DNA of 62,916 nucleotides, the filler included, from Malassezia furfur (lineage: Eukaryota), in assembly GCA_052055015.1 (NCBI GenBank). It is 38 parts of 38 records of this genome, joined end to end, with 100 filler letters (N's around TTAATTAATTAA, not from the genome) between each part and the next. Parts side by side here need not be neighbours in the genome. Positions count along the whole stretch, not along the records: positions 1 to 1,621 come from JBQJIT010001097.1; positions 1,722 to 3,340 come from JBQJIT010001098.1; positions 3,441 to 5,058 come from JBQJIT010001099.1; positions 5,159 to 6,772 come from JBQJIT010001100.1; positions 6,873 to 8,484 come from JBQJIT010001101.1; positions 8,585 to 10,196 come from JBQJIT010001102.1; positions 10,297 to 11,905 come from JBQJIT010001103.1; 31 more parts are not named here. One strand, 5' to 3'. Below are positions 1 to 10,423 of this stretch, piece by piece (position 1 is the first letter of the stretch; each line of letters starts with the position of its first letter). The position numbers were made by a program, and so were the translations under genes. Below the pieces are notes generated by a model. It ran no database searches and had not been told where the DNA came from. It saw only the letters and a program-made list of their open reading frames with translations.

Positions 1-1
1 G

Positions 2-1180
2 GCCGCCGCGGCCACCGCGACCGCCGCGCCCGCCGCGCTGGTTGCGCTCCTGCTCGCGGCGGTCCAGGAGGAAGGCCGCACGGAACTTGGCGCGCTCTAC
101 GTAAAAGTCCTTGGCCTGCGCGTCCGCGAGGCGCTCCCACGCGACCGCCTGGCCGCCGACGGTGATCGCCTTGTCGCGGATCTCGGCGAGCTTCTCGTCC
201 GAGACGGGCTCCTTGAAGCCGACGACGCCCTCGACGGCGCCGTCGGGGAACTCGACAAACGACGTGGGGTGCATCGTCGAGAGCGTGTCCTTCAGGTCCT
301 TCCAGCTGCCGCCCGCCGCGGCGTTGGTGAAGCGCAGCACGCTGTCCGCGGGGTAGGTCACCTCGGCGGCGTCGATCGAGCCGTCGGGCGTCGTGGTGAG
401 CATCTTGCCGTTGTACTCGAACTCGAGCGGCTCCGCGCGGCTGCTGCCCGCGGGCGCGTCGCGCGCGCCGCCGCCCGTGTGCTTCTCGCGCTCGAGCTCG
501 CGGAAGGCGTTGAACTTGCGCGGGCCCTTGGACGGCGTGTTGGTGCTCGGGTCGATGCCCTTCTCCTTCATCTTCATCGCGACGTACGCGGGCTTGCTCA
601 TCACGTCGAGCGGCTTGCCGTTGTACTCGATGCCGCGCCCGCCGTCCTCGAGCGGGTCGACGGAGCGCGCCTTGGCCATGAACGCATCGAGCTCGGCCGG
701 CTCGGCAAACTCGACAAACACGCTGTTCTTAAACTTGCGCGGCTTCTCGTTCTCGCGGCGCATGCGCACGCCGTTGATCTTGCCGAACTGCGCAAAGAAG
801 CGCTCCAAATCCACCTGCAGCTCGGGGTACTCGTCCGGGAAGCCCTTGGCGTAGATGCTGCGCGCGTGGCCGTCGGTGACCGGCACGAGCGCCTTGGCGC
901 GGCGCACGCGGTCGCCCGCCTCGTTCACCTCGAGCAGCTCCGTCGAGGCACGCAGCGCCTCGGCGATGCCGTCCACGCCCAGCACGTCCTTGATCGGGCG
1001 CATGCGCTTGAACGACGCGAGCGTCTCGATCGGGACCCACCCCTCGGGGTCCTTGCGCGTGAGCGTAAAGAGGAACTTGTCGAACGGCAGGTTGGCGTCC
1101 GCAAAGTAGAACTCGACCTGCTTCAGCGCCTGCGCCTGCGCCTCGTCGCGCGACATTGCCGGCGCGGGTGCGTCACTCAT
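2..1180 (-). CDS. LHP1: La RNA-binding protein (La motif + RRM), 3' truncated; missed by ORF track
   Basis: ATG at 1180; MSDAPAPAMSRDEAQAQALKQVEFYFADANLPFDKFLF..GWVPI (La motif); RSIYAKGFP..FKNSVFVEF (RRM). Confidence 0.92.
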   Translation of the reverse strand, partial: MSDAPAPAMSRDEAQAQALKQVEFYFADANLPFDKFLFTLTRKDPEGWVPIETLASFKRMRPIKDVLGVDGIAEALRASTELLEVNEAGDRVRRAKALVPVTDGHARSIYAKGFPDEYPELQVDLERFFAQFGKINGVRMRRENEKPRKFKNSVFVEFAEPAELDAFMAKARSVDPLEDGGRGIEYNGKPLDVMSKPAYVAMKMKEKGIDPSTNTPSKGPRKFNAFRELEREKHTGGGARDAPAGSSRAEPLEFEYNGKMLTTTPDGSIDAAEVTYPADSVLRFTNAAAGGSWKDLKDTLSTMHPTSFVEFPDGAVEGVVGFKEPVSDEKLAEIRDKAITVGGQAVAWERLADAQAKDFYVERAKFRAAFLLDRREQERNQRGGRGGRGGRGG

Positions 1181-1277
1181 CGTGGGGGCTATGAGAAGGT
1201 GGTCCCTCCCCCCCTCCAACACGCAACTTTTTTTCTCCACGTGACACTACGCACACTATTCTACAGGCCGCCGCCGC

Positions 1278-1621
1278 TTAGTTCAGCACGCCGCGCAGCG
1301 CACGCGCCGCGCTGGTCTCGAAGTAGCGCATCGCAAAGTTGACCAGCGTCGCGGCGAGGATCGCGAAACACAGGAACGTCGGGCCGTACCAGTCAAAGTA
1401 GATGTTGGACGCACTGCGCTCGCGGATCTTGAGGGCGCGCAGCACATACAGCGTGCCGCTGTACGCCACGGCGAACAGCGCGACGATGGTGAACAGCGTG
1501 GCGGTGACGAGCCCCGCGCGGTCGCCGCGCGTCTGGAAGTTGAGCAGACCCGTGGCGATCGACGCAAGCAGCACGCTGAACTCGAGCCACTTGAGGAAGG
1601 TGCGCTCGTTCGCAAAGTACA
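1278..1621 (-). CDS. VTC4: Vacuolar transporter chaperone C-terminal DUF202/TM region (Vtc4-like), partial
   Basis: YFANERTFLKWLEFSVLL..YFDWYGPTFLC; three hydrophobic segments. Confidence 0.75.
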
Positions 1622-1721
1622 NNNNNNNNNNNNNNNNNNNNNNNNNNNNNNNNNNNNNNNNNNNNTTAATTAATTAANNNNNNNNNNNNNNNNNNNNNNN
1701 NNNNNNNNNNNNNNNNNNNNN
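1622..1721. other. Artificial contig linker (first of 37 identical ones)
   Basis: 44 N + TTAATTAATTAA (stop in all six frames) + 44 N. It recurs about every 1.6-1.7 kb, and contig lengths never increase along the window (1621 to 1506 bp). Confidence 0.99.
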
Positions 1722-3110
1722 CCGGCGAGCACGTCGAAGCGCTGGCTGCCGCTGTTCAGCAGCACCACGGTCGGGACGTGCGTGTGCCGCGGGTTGGCGG
1801 GCCGCACGATCTCCGGCAGGATGCGCCGCGTGAGCAGCGCGAGCAGCGAGTGGTTCGCGTGCGCCGGGAAGCGGTCGAGGAAGTAGTCCTGCGGCACGAG
1901 GCCGTACAGGTGCGGCAGATCCCACGCACGGGCCACCGCGTCCATCACCGCGCGCACGTAGCGCCCGCGCGCGGTGGAGAGCTCGCCGACGTGCGCGAGG
2001 CCCGCGTGGAAGGCAAAGTTGCGCGGGTTCGCGTCGATGTAGCGCCGCGCGAGCTCCGGCGCGGGCGCCGACACGTTCGAGATGCTCATCCACCCCACCG
2101 TCTCGAGGTACCGCCCGCTCTCGAGCACCATCGCGCGGCGGTCGGGCATGCGGCAGTCGCGGACGTGGGTGTGCCCCGCAAGCATCAGGATGGGCGTGTC
2201 CGGCCAGGCGGCGCGGATCGCGGCGTGCACGGCGTCCCAGCCCGGGTCGCCGGTGACGGGCATGTGCCCCGCGACGACAAACACGTCGACGTGCTGCTGG
2301 CGGAGCGACTCGGTGAACCATGGCTCGCGCACCATCGCGACCGGGTCCTGCACCGTGATGCCCTGCGCGGCGAGGCGGAAGTCGAACAGCACGCCGTACG
2401 CCTGCACGGTGAGGTTCTGGTGCGGCGTCGTAAACCGCGTCCAGCGCGCGCCGATCGGGCGCGAGCGCGGCGCGCCGCCGGGGGTGTCGGGGAGCGAGAT
2501 GTTGACGTTGGAGGTGAGGTAGCGCCCGTGCCCTGTGTGAGTGGGTGGCGACGTACACCGGGGGACAAAGTCGTCGTAGACGTCCTTGGCGACGCTAAAG
2601 TTGTACAGCTCGTGGTTGCCGATCGTGAGCACGTCGTAGTCCGCGAGCGCAAACACCTGGTCGCTGACGTGCCCGTTGACCGCGTAGGCAAAGTTGGGCG
2701 AGGACGGGGGCACCTGCGGGAACGCATCGCTCAGGCCGTTGCCGTCGTGCAGGTCGCCGGTGTCGACGAGCAGCAGGTCGACGCCGCGCTCCGCCGCGCG
2801 GCGGCGCAGGTGGTGCGCAAACGCCACAAAGTCGCCCCAGTCGCCCGAGTAGTTCGGCTCGGGCGGGGAGAGCTTCGTGTGCCCCTGGAACCCTGTGTGT
2901 GAGCGCGCGCAAGGGCAACGTACAGCCGTGGATGTCGGTCGTGTGCAGGATCTGCAGCTGCCCCCAGTGCAGCGGGCGCAGCTGGTCGTCGATGCGCGGC
3001 AGGCGCCCGCGGCCGTGCGCCGCGTCGTCCCACACGTCCGCCGCGCCGTGTGCCGCTGCGACGCCGAGGCACACGGCGCCGACCCAGGCCGCGGCGCGTG
3101 CGAAGCCCAT
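1722..3110 (-). CDS. Secreted calcineurin-like metallophosphoesterase / 5'-nucleotidase (YHR202W-like), 3' partial, 2 introns
   Basis: Signal peptide; HTTDIHGW, DTGDLHDG, IGNHELY, GHMP and GHTH motifs once introns 2893-2923 and 2533-2556 are removed. Confidence 0.88.
2533..2556 (-). other. Spliceosomal intron, 24 nt
   Basis: GTACGTCGCCACCCACTCACACAG; removal gives FVPRWHGRYLTSNV. Confidence 0.8.
2893..2923 (-). other. Spliceosomal intron, 31 nt
   Basis: GTACGTTGCCCTTGCGCGCGCTCACACACAG; joins two frames into TDIHGWFQGH. Confidence 0.92.
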
Positions 3111-3140
3111 GGTGGAGAAGGATCGGGCTACATCGGGACA

Positions 3141-3340
3141 CTACAGGCCCTCGTCGTACAGGTTGCGGCACAGCGCGACCCAGAAGCGCTCAAACACCTC
3201 GTGCGACGGGCTGCTCGACACGCTGGTCTCGTGGTTGAGCAGGAAGGGGAACATCTCGAGCATCGACGTGGCGAACGCCGTCGACGACGTGCGTGCCGGC
3301 GCGGGGCGCGCGCGGCCGGCGTCCGTGCGGCCGTCGGCGG
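3141..3340 (-). CDS. C-terminus of an unidentified protein
   Basis: ..TSMLEMFPFLLNHETSVSSSPSHEVFERFWVALCRNLYDEGL*; genome-typical codon usage. Confidence 0.6.
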
Positions 3341-3440
3341 NNNNNNNNNNNNNNNNNNNNNNNNNNNNNNNNNNNNNNNNNNNNTTAATTAATTAANNNN
3401 NNNNNNNNNNNNNNNNNNNNNNNNNNNNNNNNNNNNNNNN

Positions 3441-5058
3441 CGGCACGGGCCCACGGCGTGGGCGCCCGCCGCGCAACCCACGTCCGCCTCCCCCCGCGCA
3501 GACGACACCGGCGCCCGGTGCGTCGCCGGCAGGCGACGCTTCGACGAACGCGTCGCCGTCGTACATGGCGCGCCCCAATGCGGCCATGTCCTCGTTCACA
3601 CCCGCACTCAGTGCGCAGCAGCAGCAGGCGCTCATGGCACGCGCCATGCAGCTGTCCAAGGCGCAAAATCAGCCATCGTATACGCCGCTCCATGCGCTCT
3701 TCCAGATGGGCTTTGTGTTTGTGCGCAACACGCAGCTGCCCAACGTGCCGCCCGGCGCGGCGCTGGGCGGTACGATCCTGCGCGCTGACGAGGCGGCGGC
3801 GCTCGGCCTCTTGCCGAACCAGGCGATGGCCGCCGCCGCCGCAACAGCGCGCGCCCAAGCGGCGGGCGCTGCGCCTGCGGCGCCCGGTGCGCCATGGCAA
3901 CCGACGACAATGATGCCATACGTGCGCCCGGATGGTGTGCGTCCCGAGCAGCCCGGTGTGCTGCGCATGACGCCCGGCGCCGGTGGCGACAAGAGCGGCG
4001 CTGGCGCCCCAGGGACCGTCGGTGCGCCCGTGTCGACGGTGCTGCTGCCCGGCGCGCCGACCAACGTGCCGCTCGTGCACGGTGGCGCGCCGCCCTCGAC
4101 CAATGCCGTGGGGATGCCCGTCACGACACAAAACACGCGGCTCACCGCGCTGCCCACGCCGGCGACCGAGCCGTACCCGTGGAAGAAGCTGGACGCGCGC
4201 GAAGTCGCCGAGCTACTCGACATCATGCGGCGCGACGCCAAGTTCCAGCCGGTGCTGCAGGCGCAGCAGAAGCGTGCGGACGCCGAGCTGTACGCGCACG
4301 TTGCCCCCGTGCTGCACCCCCCGCCGCCCGATGTGGCGCCGCGGCCCGTGGCATGGTGGGAAAAGTCGGTGCACGAGCCGGCGGCGCCGCGCCTTGCGTC
4401 GACGCACGAGCCGTTCAAGCTGGTGCTGCCTGCACAACGCCAGCGTGCGCTCGAGCAGGGCGTGCGCGGTGTGCGCGCGCCGGTGCCGCTGAGCGGCGCC
4501 GAGGTGGAGCATGTGGCGAATACCCCCGAGACGCTCGTGCCCATCCGGCTGGAGCTGGAGCACGAGCCGTTCAAGCTGCGCGACACCTTCCTGTGGAACG
4601 CCGCCGAGGACGATGCGTCGCTCGAGGCGTTTGCAGTGGGGATCTGCGAGGACCTCGGCCTGCCGAGCGCCGTGTTTGTGTCGCTGATCCGCACCGCGGT
4701 GCAGACGCAGGTGAACGAGTTTGCGACGGCCATGGCGCTGCGGCCACAGGCGGCGGACGCCGATGCGCCCACCGCAGGGGCGCCGCAAGGGCGCGGGACG
4801 CTCACGCCTGCAGCCGAGCGCGCCTGGGCGCAGCTGCGGCGCACGGTGCTCCGACGTGGCGAGGCGCCCGACAGCGAGGACGCCACAGACGCCAAGGAAG
4901 CACCGCCGGTCGTCGACGAGGCGACCGAGCCGGAGGCGACGGACGACGTGAAGACCGAGGCACGGCCCGTGGCCGAGGTGCCACCGGCCGATGCCGCGTC
5001 GGATGCGGCCCGCACCGCCGCCGCCTGTGCCGCCGACGCGAACCGCACCGACGCGAAT
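3441..5058 (+). CDS. SNF5: SWI/SNF subunit Snf5 family protein, partial
   Basis: ETLVPIRLELEHEPFKLRDTFLWN..FAVGICEDLGLP (SNF5 repeat 1) after a long low-complexity N-terminus; Sfh1 not fully excluded. Confidence 0.8.
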
Positions 5059-5158
5059 NNNNNNNNNNNNNNNNNNNNNNNNNNNNNNNNNNNNNNNNNN
5101 NNTTAATTAATTAANNNNNNNNNNNNNNNNNNNNNNNNNNNNNNNNNNNNNNNNNNNN

Positions 5159-6707
5159 CGGCGGCGCTCGGCGCGTCGCTGTCGCCGCGCTTGCCGGCGC
5201 CGGGGCGCTGCACGCCGCGCGCACACTGCGCACAGCGCACGCACCCCCAGTGCCAGCGGTGCGCGACACGCACGCGCACGCACTCCTCCTCAACCGTCTT
5301 GGCACACTGCGTACACAAGTCGGACGCGGCGCCGTCGGCATAGTCGCGCGCACCGCCCGCGCCGCCGTGCCGGCTGCGCATGCGCGGCAGCGACGTGTAG
5401 CCGTGCACGGTGTCCGTGTCGACCTCGTCGATGCTGGCATCACTCTGCTGCCGCACGAGCTCGTCGAGCGTCGCGAGGAACGACTCGAGCGCCTCGGCGT
5501 CGCCAAACGCCTGGTCGAGGCGCAGCGCGCCCGTGAGCGAGATGCGGATCAGGATCTTGAGGTAGTGCGCGACGCCGGTCACGAGCGACAGCAGCTCCTG
5601 CGTGATGCCCATGCGCCGCGCGCCCGTCGCCTGCGTGTGCGAGAAGAGCGAGAAGAAGTTGACGATCTTCTTGCACAGCATGCGCGCCTCGCGCACGTAC
5701 CGGATCGACTGCGCGCCCGCGCGCGCAAACTGCTGCTCGAGGCGGTCGATCGCCGAGAAGAGCACCTCGACGTGCAGCACAAAGCGGCCCGCGTACCGCA
5801 CGCCGCCGAGGTACTTGCCGTTGCTCACGTGGCGCAGCATGTCGGAGATGCACGCGGCGGACGACTCCTCAAACGCGCTCAGCACGCGCCAGATGGTAAA
5901 GACGCGCGTCTCCATCGTGCGCTGCTTGTGCAGCAGGCTCTCGGGCGTCTCGGTCGCCTCGAGGCACAGCGTCTCGAACGACAGCTGCTCGGGCTGGTCG
6001 AGCGCCTCCTGGCTGCTCGCGGGCGACAGGTGCAGCGCGCCGGGCATCTCGCGCAGCGTCTCGAGCGGGATCGCCGCGGGTACCGACGGCGGCGGCACAC
6101 CGAGCTTGATCTTCCAATACCGGTGGATCATGTAGCACTCGGGGTGCCAGTGCTTGTCCGCATTGTTGCGGTTGATCTCGACAAACTGCTTCAGGATCGC
6201 CGTGTGGCACCCCGCGCACTGGATCGCAAAGCGCGTGCTGTAGTGAAAGTGGCAGTACACCCGCCCGCCGTGCTCGTAGTAGCTGTCGTTCGGGCCAAAC
6301 ACGGTGGGGCACACGGAGCACGTAAAGTGCTCGACGTGGTACTTGGCGCCCAGCGCCGTAATGTAGCTGCCCCGCAGCGCACGCCCGCACTGGTGGCACA
6401 ACAGGTCCAGGCGCCGGAAGTAGTCCGTCTCACACAGCGGAAACGGGCGCCGCACGGGGCCCGCCATGTCCTCCGTCGACGAGAAAAACTTGGACGCCAC
6501 CGTGCAGTGGCAGTCCGCACACCGGAAGCAGTCCAGGTGGTACACACCACCCAGCGCCCGCACAAACTGGCCGGTCATCGGCCGCATACACGCCGCGCAC
6601 ACCTGGTCGCGCCGCGGCTGCGTCGTCTCATCCTCGCTCCGCCGCCGCACAGGCGCAGACGCAGGCACTCGCCGCGACACGCGCCGCTGCACCTCGCCGT
6701 CGTCCAT
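5159..6707 (-). CDS. LRG1: LIM-domain RhoGAP Lrg1, N-terminal part
   Basis: Tandem LIM domains CAACMRPMTGQFVRALGGVYHLDCF, PLCETDYFRRLDLLC; WRVLSAFEESSAACISDML. Confidence 0.92.
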
Positions 6708-6717
6708 GTGTGGAAGG

Positions 6718-6772
6718 GGAGCACGTAAAGTGCTCGACGTGGTACTTGGCGCCCAGCGCCGTAATGTAGCTG
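6718..6772. repeat. 55-bp exact copy of 6315-6369 at contig end (assembly artefact)
   Basis: GGAGCACGTAAAGTGC..AATGTAGCTG occurs at both positions. Confidence 0.9.
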
Positions 6773-6872
6773 NNNNNNNNNNNNNNNNNNNNNNNNNNNN
6801 NNNNNNNNNNNNNNNNTTAATTAATTAANNNNNNNNNNNNNNNNNNNNNNNNNNNNNNNNNNNNNNNNNNNN

Positions 6873-8484
6873 TGGGCTCGGCGCCCCCGGCCGACGCGCG
6901 GCCGAGGAGCGAGCGCCGCGCACGCCTGGGACTGCGCGGCGACCACAGCGCATGCCGCGCCGCAAACGCACGCGCCTCGGCGTCGACGTCGATAGTGTCG
7001 AGCGACGTCACATCGCCCCACGTCCACCCCGCATCGGTCGTGCGGTGCGCCATGAGCTCGGCGGCTAACGTCGCGGTCTCGGCGTCGGCCTCGGCGCTCC
7101 ACACGCGCGACGGCGAGGCGTGCGCCGCCGGCAACGCAGCGGGCTTCGGTGATGACCGCTCGAGCGCTTCGCGTGCCTCGTCGTCGAGCGCAAACTCGGC
7201 GTCGTCGGCGGGCGACGCATGCCGCGCGTCGTCCGCGTCCACGTCCATGGCCTCGGCCGCCTCGAGCTCGTCGATGTACGTGCGGTGAGCAGGCGCCTCG
7301 CGCACGTCGTCCTCCTCGTCGTCGTAGTCTTCCTGGAGGCCGTCGCCTTCGAGGGCGTCGCCTTCCAGGGCGTCGCCTTCCAGGCCGTCGTCGCCTTGCA
7401 GCGCGTCTTCCACGCCGTCGTAGGGCTCCTCGGCCTCGTCCTCCTCGGCCTCGTCCTCCGGCGCATCTTCCGACGCGTAGGCATGCTCGCGTTCCTCGCC
7501 CTCCTCGGGCTCCAGCGGCTCCTCTGCATCGTCCTCTGGCTCATAGGCATGCTCGGGCTCATGAGGCTCTTCTGCATAGTCCTCCGGCTCGTTGCCCTCC
7601 TCTCGAGGCTCTGCCTCGTAGGCCTCGAGCGCCTCGAGCTCCGCTGCCTCGTAGGCCTCGGGCACCTCGAACTCGTCTGCCTCGTAGGCCTCGGGCGCCG
7701 CGAACTCGTTTGTCTCGTAGGCCTCAGGCGCCGCGAACTCGTTTGCCTCGTAGTCCTCGGGCGCCTCTGGTTCCTCGAGCTCCTCAGGCGCCTCGAGGTC
7801 CTCAAGCTCCTCGGGCGCCTCGAGGTCCTCAAGCTCCTCAGGTTCCTCAAGCTCCTCAGGCTCCTCGGACTCGTAGCCGTTCGCCGGCGCCTCCGGTTCC
7901 GCTTCGAGGTCCGGCTCATAGGGCGCCTCTTGGGTTTCGTAAGGCTCATAGGGCGCCTCTTGCGCCTCGTATGGCTCGTCCAGCGCCTCTTGGGTCTCGT
8001 AGGGCTCGTCCAGCGCCTCTTGTGTCTCGTATGGCTCGTACGCCCCATCTTGTGCCTCGTATGGCTCGTCGGCTGGCTCCGCTGGCTCCGCTGGCTCGTC
8101 CGCCGCATCCGTACGGGGCGCCTTCCGCGCCGCGGCACCGAACGCGCCGCCCACCCGCTCAAAGGCAAACGCGTCCGCGTCCGCGGGCGCCCTGCGCACG
8201 GCGCCGCGCGGCGTCGACGCAATCGGCACGGGCGAGCGGCGCACGGGCGACGCCGTGCGACTCGCCGAGCGGATCTTGACCGGGGACACGACGCGCGTGC
8301 GCTGCGCATCCGGCGTCTCGCGCGTAAAGGGCAAGTCGTCGTCGAGCGCGTCGTCGGGCGGCGCATGCAAAAAGTCAATGTACACGGGCGTGGCCGTAGA
8401 CGACGGCCGCCGTCGGGACGCACGCCGCGGCGTCCCAGACGCGTCGCGGCGCTCGCGCGGGGGGGTATGGTAGGGTATCGGCGC
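6873..8484 (-). CDS. Highly acidic low-complexity protein with several tandem peptide repeats, open at both ends
   Basis: Frame open across the whole contig; repeats EPYETQEA, EAPEELEDL, EAYETNEFAAP, GDALE. Confidence 0.75.
7340..8070 (-). repeat. Coding minisatellites (about 30-, 27-, 33- and 15-bp units)
   Basis: Near-identical nucleotide units visible, e.g. 7915-8065 (30 bp), 7770-7860 (27 bp), 7610-7750 (33 bp). Confidence 0.85.
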
Positions 8485-8584
8485 NNNNNNNNNNNNNNNN
8501 NNNNNNNNNNNNNNNNNNNNNNNNNNNNTTAATTAATTAANNNNNNNNNNNNNNNNNNNNNNNNNNNNNNNNNNNNNNNNNNNN

Positions 8585-8938
8585 ACGCCGCTGCCGTCGC
8601 TCGCCGCCGACGACCGCACCGCGCTCGACGCCATGGCGCGCGCACTGCTCGCCGTCGCCGAGACCGTGCCGGACGACACGTACCTGCACGCGCTCAACAC
8701 GCAGCTGCTCACGTACGCGAGCAGCGGCGCATTGCGTGTGCGTGTCCACGCGCTGGAGCTCGCCGCCCAGGTGTGGGGCGCGCACGGCGCCAACCTGCTG
8801 GGCTTTGTGCCCGAGACGGTCGCCCAGCTCGCCGAGCTGCTCGACGATGCGGACCCGCGCGCGGCCGCTTCGGCGCTGCGCCTCCGCCGCGCAATCGAGG
8901 CCGCGCTGGGCGAGCCCCTCGACTCGTACCTAGCCTAG
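8585..8938 (+). CDS. UTP10: U3 snoRNP HEAT-repeat protein Utp10, C-terminus
   Basis: LNTQLL..LLGFVPETVAQLAELLDD..IEAALGEPLDSYLA*. Confidence 0.85.
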   Translation, partial: TPLPSLAADDRTALDAMARALLAVAETVPDDTYLHALNTQLLTYASSGALRVRVHALELAAQVWGAHGANLLGFVPETVAQLAELLDDADPRAAASALRLRRAIEAALGEPLDSYLA

Positions 8939-9067
8939 GTAGATCTCCCGTGCTACGTTGTGAACCGCCGTGCCGCGCCGCGGCCGCCCTGGCGCGCGGG
9001 GCCGCGGTGGAGGCGTCTGTGCGCCGCATGGCCGGCGGCGCGCAAGTGGAGGATCCTTCGCGCCAGG

Positions 9068-10196
9068 ATGCACGCAACGCGTGCGGCGCGCGGCGTGCAC
9101 GGCTTCTTCCCGTTCCTCAAGAAGCACGCGCCCGACGCGTTCCTGCCGATTGCGTCGCACACGGACCTCGCGCGCGCGCGCGTCGCGATCGACGCGACAC
9201 TGCTCACGCAAAAGTTTGTGTACAGCGAGCATGCGAGCGACGCGCGGCACCTCGCGGGCCTGGGCAACGTCGTGCACACGCTGCGCAGCGTCGACGCGGT
9301 GCCGATCATGGTGTTTGACCACCCGACCGAGCGCCTCCCACAGAAGCGCGAGACGAACGAAAAGCGCGCCGCGCAGCGGACGCTCCGCGCGTTTCGGCAC
9401 GCGGTCGAGCAGGAGCGCAGCACGCGTGGATCGCCGCCCAAGCGCCGCTCGTTGAGTCGGCGACGCAGCGCGCGCTGCACGCCGCCGAGGCGGGTGTGTA
9501 TGCGGCGCTCGCCGACGCCTGCGTCGACGGGACGCAGACGCTGCTGGTGTGTGTCCCGGGCGAGGTGCGCGGCGTGCCAGCGACCAGCACTGCGGCGTGG
9601 CTCGGCAAGCGCAGCGCCGAGCTGTGTGTGACGTACGCACGGAGCACGCGCGTCGTGACCGACGCCATGTACCGCGAGGCCATCGCGCTGTGCCGGCGCC
9701 TCGATGTGCCCGTGCTGGTCGTCGGGGACGGCGAGGCACGCGCCGCCGAGGCCAGCGACGTCCACGAGGCCGAGGGCTTCGCCAGCGCGCTCGTCCGTGC
9801 CTCGTATGCGGACATGGTCGCGAGCGAGGACAGCGACGTGCTGCTGTACCACGTGCCGCTGCTTCGCGGCCTCGGCGCGCGGCAGCCGTCGTGCGAGCTG
9901 GTGGATGCGGCGCGTGTGCGCATGGCGCTCTTCCCCGAGCCCGGCGTGCGCGAGGCCGAGGCCGACGACGCGCGCCGCGCGATGCTCGTCCAGTATGCGC
10001 TGCTGTGCGGCACCGACTTTAACCGGACGATTCCCGGGCTCGGCCCGGTCGGCGCGTACCGCGCGGTGTGTACGTACGGCACGGTGGAGCGCCTCCTCGC
10101 GCACACGGCGCATGTGCCGCCGATGCCGCGCGACGCGTACCTCGCGCACCTCGCGGACGCCGCGCGCGTGTTTGAGCGGCCGCCGGCGGTCGCTCA
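9068..10196 (+). CDS. FEN1/XPG-family 5' nuclease (PIN + H3TH), frame break near 9420, 3' partial
   Basis: GVHGFFPFLKKHAP, VAIDATL and VFDH in one frame; HEAEG, SEDSDVLLY and LCGTDF..IPGLGPVGA in another. Confidence 0.8.
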
Positions 10197-10297
10197 NNNN
10201 NNNNNNNNNNNNNNNNNNNNNNNNNNNNNNNNNNNNNNNNTTAATTAATTAANNNNNNNNNNNNNNNNNNNNNNNNNNNNNNNNNNNNNNNNNNNNC

Positions 10298-10423
10298 GAG
10301 CACACCGCGACGCTCGGCGCGCGGCGCGCGGCGGGCGCGCCGGCCGACGCGCCGGTCGCCGTGCGTGTGCAGTGGACGGTGGGTGTGCGGACTCATGCGT
10401 TCTGGGCGATGCTTCCTATGTAG
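10298..10423 (+). CDS. Probable C-terminus of an unidentified protein; stop overlaps BUD6 stop
   Basis: EHTATLG..VAVRVQWTVGVRTHAFWAMLPM*. Confidence 0.45.
   Translation, partial: EHTATLGARRAAGAPADAPVAVRVQWTVGVRTHAFWAMLPM

Noticed and set aside
6718..6772. Direct repeat of LRG1 internal sequence upstream of its ATG
   Set aside because: Exactly 55 bp at a contig end, as at 13560-13614; consistent with a k=55 assembly-graph overlap or chimeric read rather than a real duplication.
9404..9442. 17-nt GT..AG segments that would fix the nuclease frame
   Set aside because: They lack the GTRCGT donor and CTNAC branch shared by all 17 supported introns.
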